Origin: Sphaeroforma arctica JP610
Taxonomy: Eukaryota
DNA: 33,959 nt
Assembly: GCF_001186125.1 (NCBI RefSeq)
Contig: NW_014040411.1
Location: forward strand, 28,140 to 62,098
Reading direction: 5' to 3'
The position numbers were made by a program, and so were the translations under genes. Under the pieces are notes generated by a model. The model searched no databases, was not told the DNA's origin, and saw only the letters and a program-made list of their open reading frames with translations. This document shows, one piece after another, positions 30,741-33,959 of the stretch; the stretch's first letter is position 1, and the number at the start of each line of letters is the position of its first letter.

Positions 30741-33700
30741 GAATCGCGAGTGAAAACAGACTCGAGTGAGTCCAAATACTAGGCACAGCGAGTGAGGGAG
30801 AGTTTGCCAGCCTGGCGACCTGGCCCCATGCTCATATTTATTTATCTCTACGTTGTATGCAGTGTTCTATAAATAGTGAATACGTATGTATCAGTCTAAC
30901 TACGTCGTTGTCCAAATAAGTACACGACTATCTGGTACAATCCAAAACACGACGAGTCAACAACGTACTTATGTGCTGTTGTGCACTCTAGTGCACTCTT
31001 CAGACTCGCATAGGGTCCATCAGGCGTCAGGCGTCAGCACTGAGCACTGCTGAGCAGTGCTGTAATGTACAGTGGGCACTGGGTGTGGGCTGTGGCCTGT
31101 GAGTCCTGTGACCAGTCTTCATTCTATAATTTTTAATTTGGTTTCAAAAAACAAAAGAGCAAATACTTTCTGTCAAGTGTCAACAAGCTGTTAATAGCCG
31201 TGGGCGTGAGGTCTGTGCCCGGCACGACCGACCCGACCGCGCCACAAGCCCACGACCACACGAACAATCACTCATTCAGAAAAGAACTATTTGCTTTTCT
31301 CATCCCCCAGCAGAGAGAGTGATTATAGTATTACATAGTGAGTCCGCCAGAGTCTGACTGACTCTGACAACATCACACTTTACTCTGCGCACTCCGTGAT
31401 TTAAAATAAAAGTCTATACCTTTACTCTACGCACTCCAGAATCTACTCTGCACATGTTGGGATTAAAGGTGGCAGGAAATCTATGCTCATCATTCAATTT
31501 AACGCAACCAATAAAATTAGTACAAGTTTCGATATAACCTTAAAACTCAGCTCTGAGCTTTATTTACTCGAAGGTATATCACTTCAGGTCTTCCAGCTCC
31601 ACTACTGATTTTGACAATTTCTGGAAACATAATACATTGTGCATGACCGTAGTGTATGTATGTGTTCAGATTTTTTTTTATTGGTTTTTTTTAAAATAGG
31701 ATTAAAAAACAAAGAAAACATTCAACAAAGAGAAAATAACATAAATTATTAAATACATACATATTTTTGGATTTTAGCCCTAAAAGAAACAAAAAAATTA
31801 CCGAATTTGTTTGTGTATTTTCAATTTTGATCTCGTTTGTTCATGGCCCTCTGGATTTGGATCACTGCCAAAACTTACGATTTCCGTTACGACGAAACCG
31901 GATTTCTGCTCGCGACCCTAATCCAGAAAGGGTCATGGTTTGTTTGTTTGTTTGTTTGCTATTTCGATTTTTTTATATATAACAAATAAATACAAAACAA
32001 ACCAAAAAAAAACAATACAAAATACAAAATAAACCTTTTTAACTTTACGAGGAGTTTCGGCCCTCGAGGAGTCGAGGGCCGTCGCCAGTCACGCGACCCA
32101 CTGACAGTCTACAGAGCGACAGAGACAGACCGTGCCAAGTGGCAAGTTGGCAACTGGCAACTTGAGACAACTCACAACCATCAGGACCAGGTACACTGTA
32201 TAATGCGGTAGGTCCCCATCCCAGTGTGACCGGGGTATTTACTATATTCAAACACGCCTGAACTCAGGAGTCTTGGACTCTGAGAGTCTGAGTGGACTTT
32301 GGCGTCTCTCTAGTCTGTACTCTAGAGTCACTGAGTAGAAAGAGGGCACTCTCTCCGAAACTCTGAGTCCTGTGAGAGTATATGGTGCTATCAGGCTTCC
32401 CAGTTGAGCTATTGATATTTCTAATAAAAGGTTGTTAGTAATAATTTTTAGTCATATGGTATTTAGGCTTTTTTAAAAGCAATCCTTGAGGCATAATCAG
32501 TCTCGAGTCTCGAGTCTCGCACACTCGCCAGTCTCGGGCTCTCGGCTGTCTTGCTCAACCATAGCCGCCTAAAAATTAATGAAGCTGTATGTATTGTCGT
32601 ATGTAGATTGTTTTATGTGTATATTTTGTTTTTTTAGAAGTATATAGATATTTACATCAACATTTGCTTGTTTTTAAAAAATATTACTGCTGTTATATAT
32701 TGTTCTTACGGTTTTTTTCTAGAAATAAAATAACAAATATGCTTGACACTGATTGTTAAATTAATTTTTGTAAAACAAAAAGAAAAGAAACCAAAACAAA
32801 CAATAAAGAACCCAAAACAATAACAAAAATTCGGATTTTGAGTATTAAATACCCAGGGACAAGAGCCAAATTGCATACAATTAAAAAAGAGATAGTGAGT
32901 GATGGCCATGATGGGCCCGATCATCCGATGAGATAGAACTATTTACTAATTTTTCAATTTTACTATGAAAATTAGTTTATTTTTATAATATTTTATAAAC
33001 CCAATTCCTATTATTTAATAGTTTGGTCTATTTTCAGAGTATAAGAAAATTACAAGAGTCAGTGTCTAGAATCAATGTTGATTTTTTTATAACTTTAGGC
33101 TTATGTTTTCTTTGTTGAATTTTTCTAGAAATCATTTGTAAAAAAAAAGCCCTCAAAAGGCATACTCTGGCATACATAGCCTACTAAATTTTAAAGTTGT
33201 ACACAAAAGGGTTTTTAGAAACACAAAATCATAGCCTTCAAATTTCAATCAAAAACAATGTATTGTTTTTTAAAAAAAACAAATATTTGAACAAAAGTTA
33301 GTAGGCTTTTTAAAATTTCTAAAAAATAAATATTCGTAAAAAATAGTAAAGCCGACGGAAGTTATGGTCCATAACGACTTTGTCCATAAATATTCAACCC
33401 TCTAAAGTCATTGATCAGCACTACGGGGTTAAATAGACGGTTGGCCGTTGGTCCCAAGTCCCATGTGGTGGTTAGCTCGATGTCGGAGAGTCAGAGATTC
33501 GGTACTACATAGGTGTACTACATATTTAGGTAAATAGAGTCTCAGACGGACTGTGTTCGGCTGTTGTCTGTCAGTGGCAACTCGCCAGTCGCATGGATAT
33601 TTTTTTTTATTGTGTAGTCTGTACTCTGTAAAAATACATCGCGTGTATTTTTATTTAGTATATTTTGTATTTACATTATAGAATTGTTTTTGATTCTGCA

Positions 33701-33808
33701 AAGTTTTTATTTAAATACTATAAAAGTTAGAGAGTAACGGCACCAGAAGCTCAGAACCAACAACACAAAAGTAATTTTTACAGGAAGCATACTAAGATAA
33801 GTATAAAT

Positions 33809-33959
33809 ATGTCATTGCCAACCGTGGAGATGCGCGAATCTCAAGTCGAATTGGCTTTGGACACGAAATCTAAGCAGCATGACATAAAGGGCGATACATT
33901 GTCAGTTCAATCGACATCCGATGATGATCTAACTGACGAGCTGGCGCACGGTTCGGGTA
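33809..33959 (+). CDS. 5' end of a second, paralogous amino-acid transporter, truncated by the window edge
   Basis: MSLPTVEMRESQVELALDTKSKQHDIKGDTLSVQSTSDDDLTDELAHGSG aligns with MTLTNIEIKESQVKL-DSNESRQHDVNGDTLSIQSATAEALGTDITRGSG of the 28399 gene. Not in the ORF track. Confidence 0.88.
   Translation, partial: MSLPTVEMRESQVELALDTKSKQHDIKGDTLSVQSTSDDDLTDELAHGSG

Overview
Eukaryotic genomic DNA, intron-dense and rich in (TA)n/(TG)n microsatellites. The style suggests a unicellular holozoan such as an ichthyosporean, but that is inference only. Most entries in the ORF track are microsatellite artefacts. Positions 398-21147 (+) hold the last 30 exons of one single-pass receptor tyrosine kinase whose 5' end lies outside the window. 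I assembled it by hand from splice sites and all 29 junctions agree in phase, giving about 1,120 aa. The visible architecture is parallel beta-helix-like GG(A/G) repeats, TNFR-like/EGF-like Cys-rich repeats, a TM helix, a tyrosine kinase domain ([30 protein letters not shown]) and a Tyr-rich tail. The gene has a GC-AG intron, microexons, and tandem duplications that copy its own splice sites, including five copies of the TM-exon acceptor, four of which lead to a stop before the TM helix. Downstream are a ~98-nt imperfect hairpin, decayed retroelement fragments (two Ty1/copia pieces in opposite orientation), an orphan coiled-coil ORF, an intronless SLC38/AVT-like amino-acid transporter (28399-29784) and the start of a tandem paralogue at the right edge (33809 onward).
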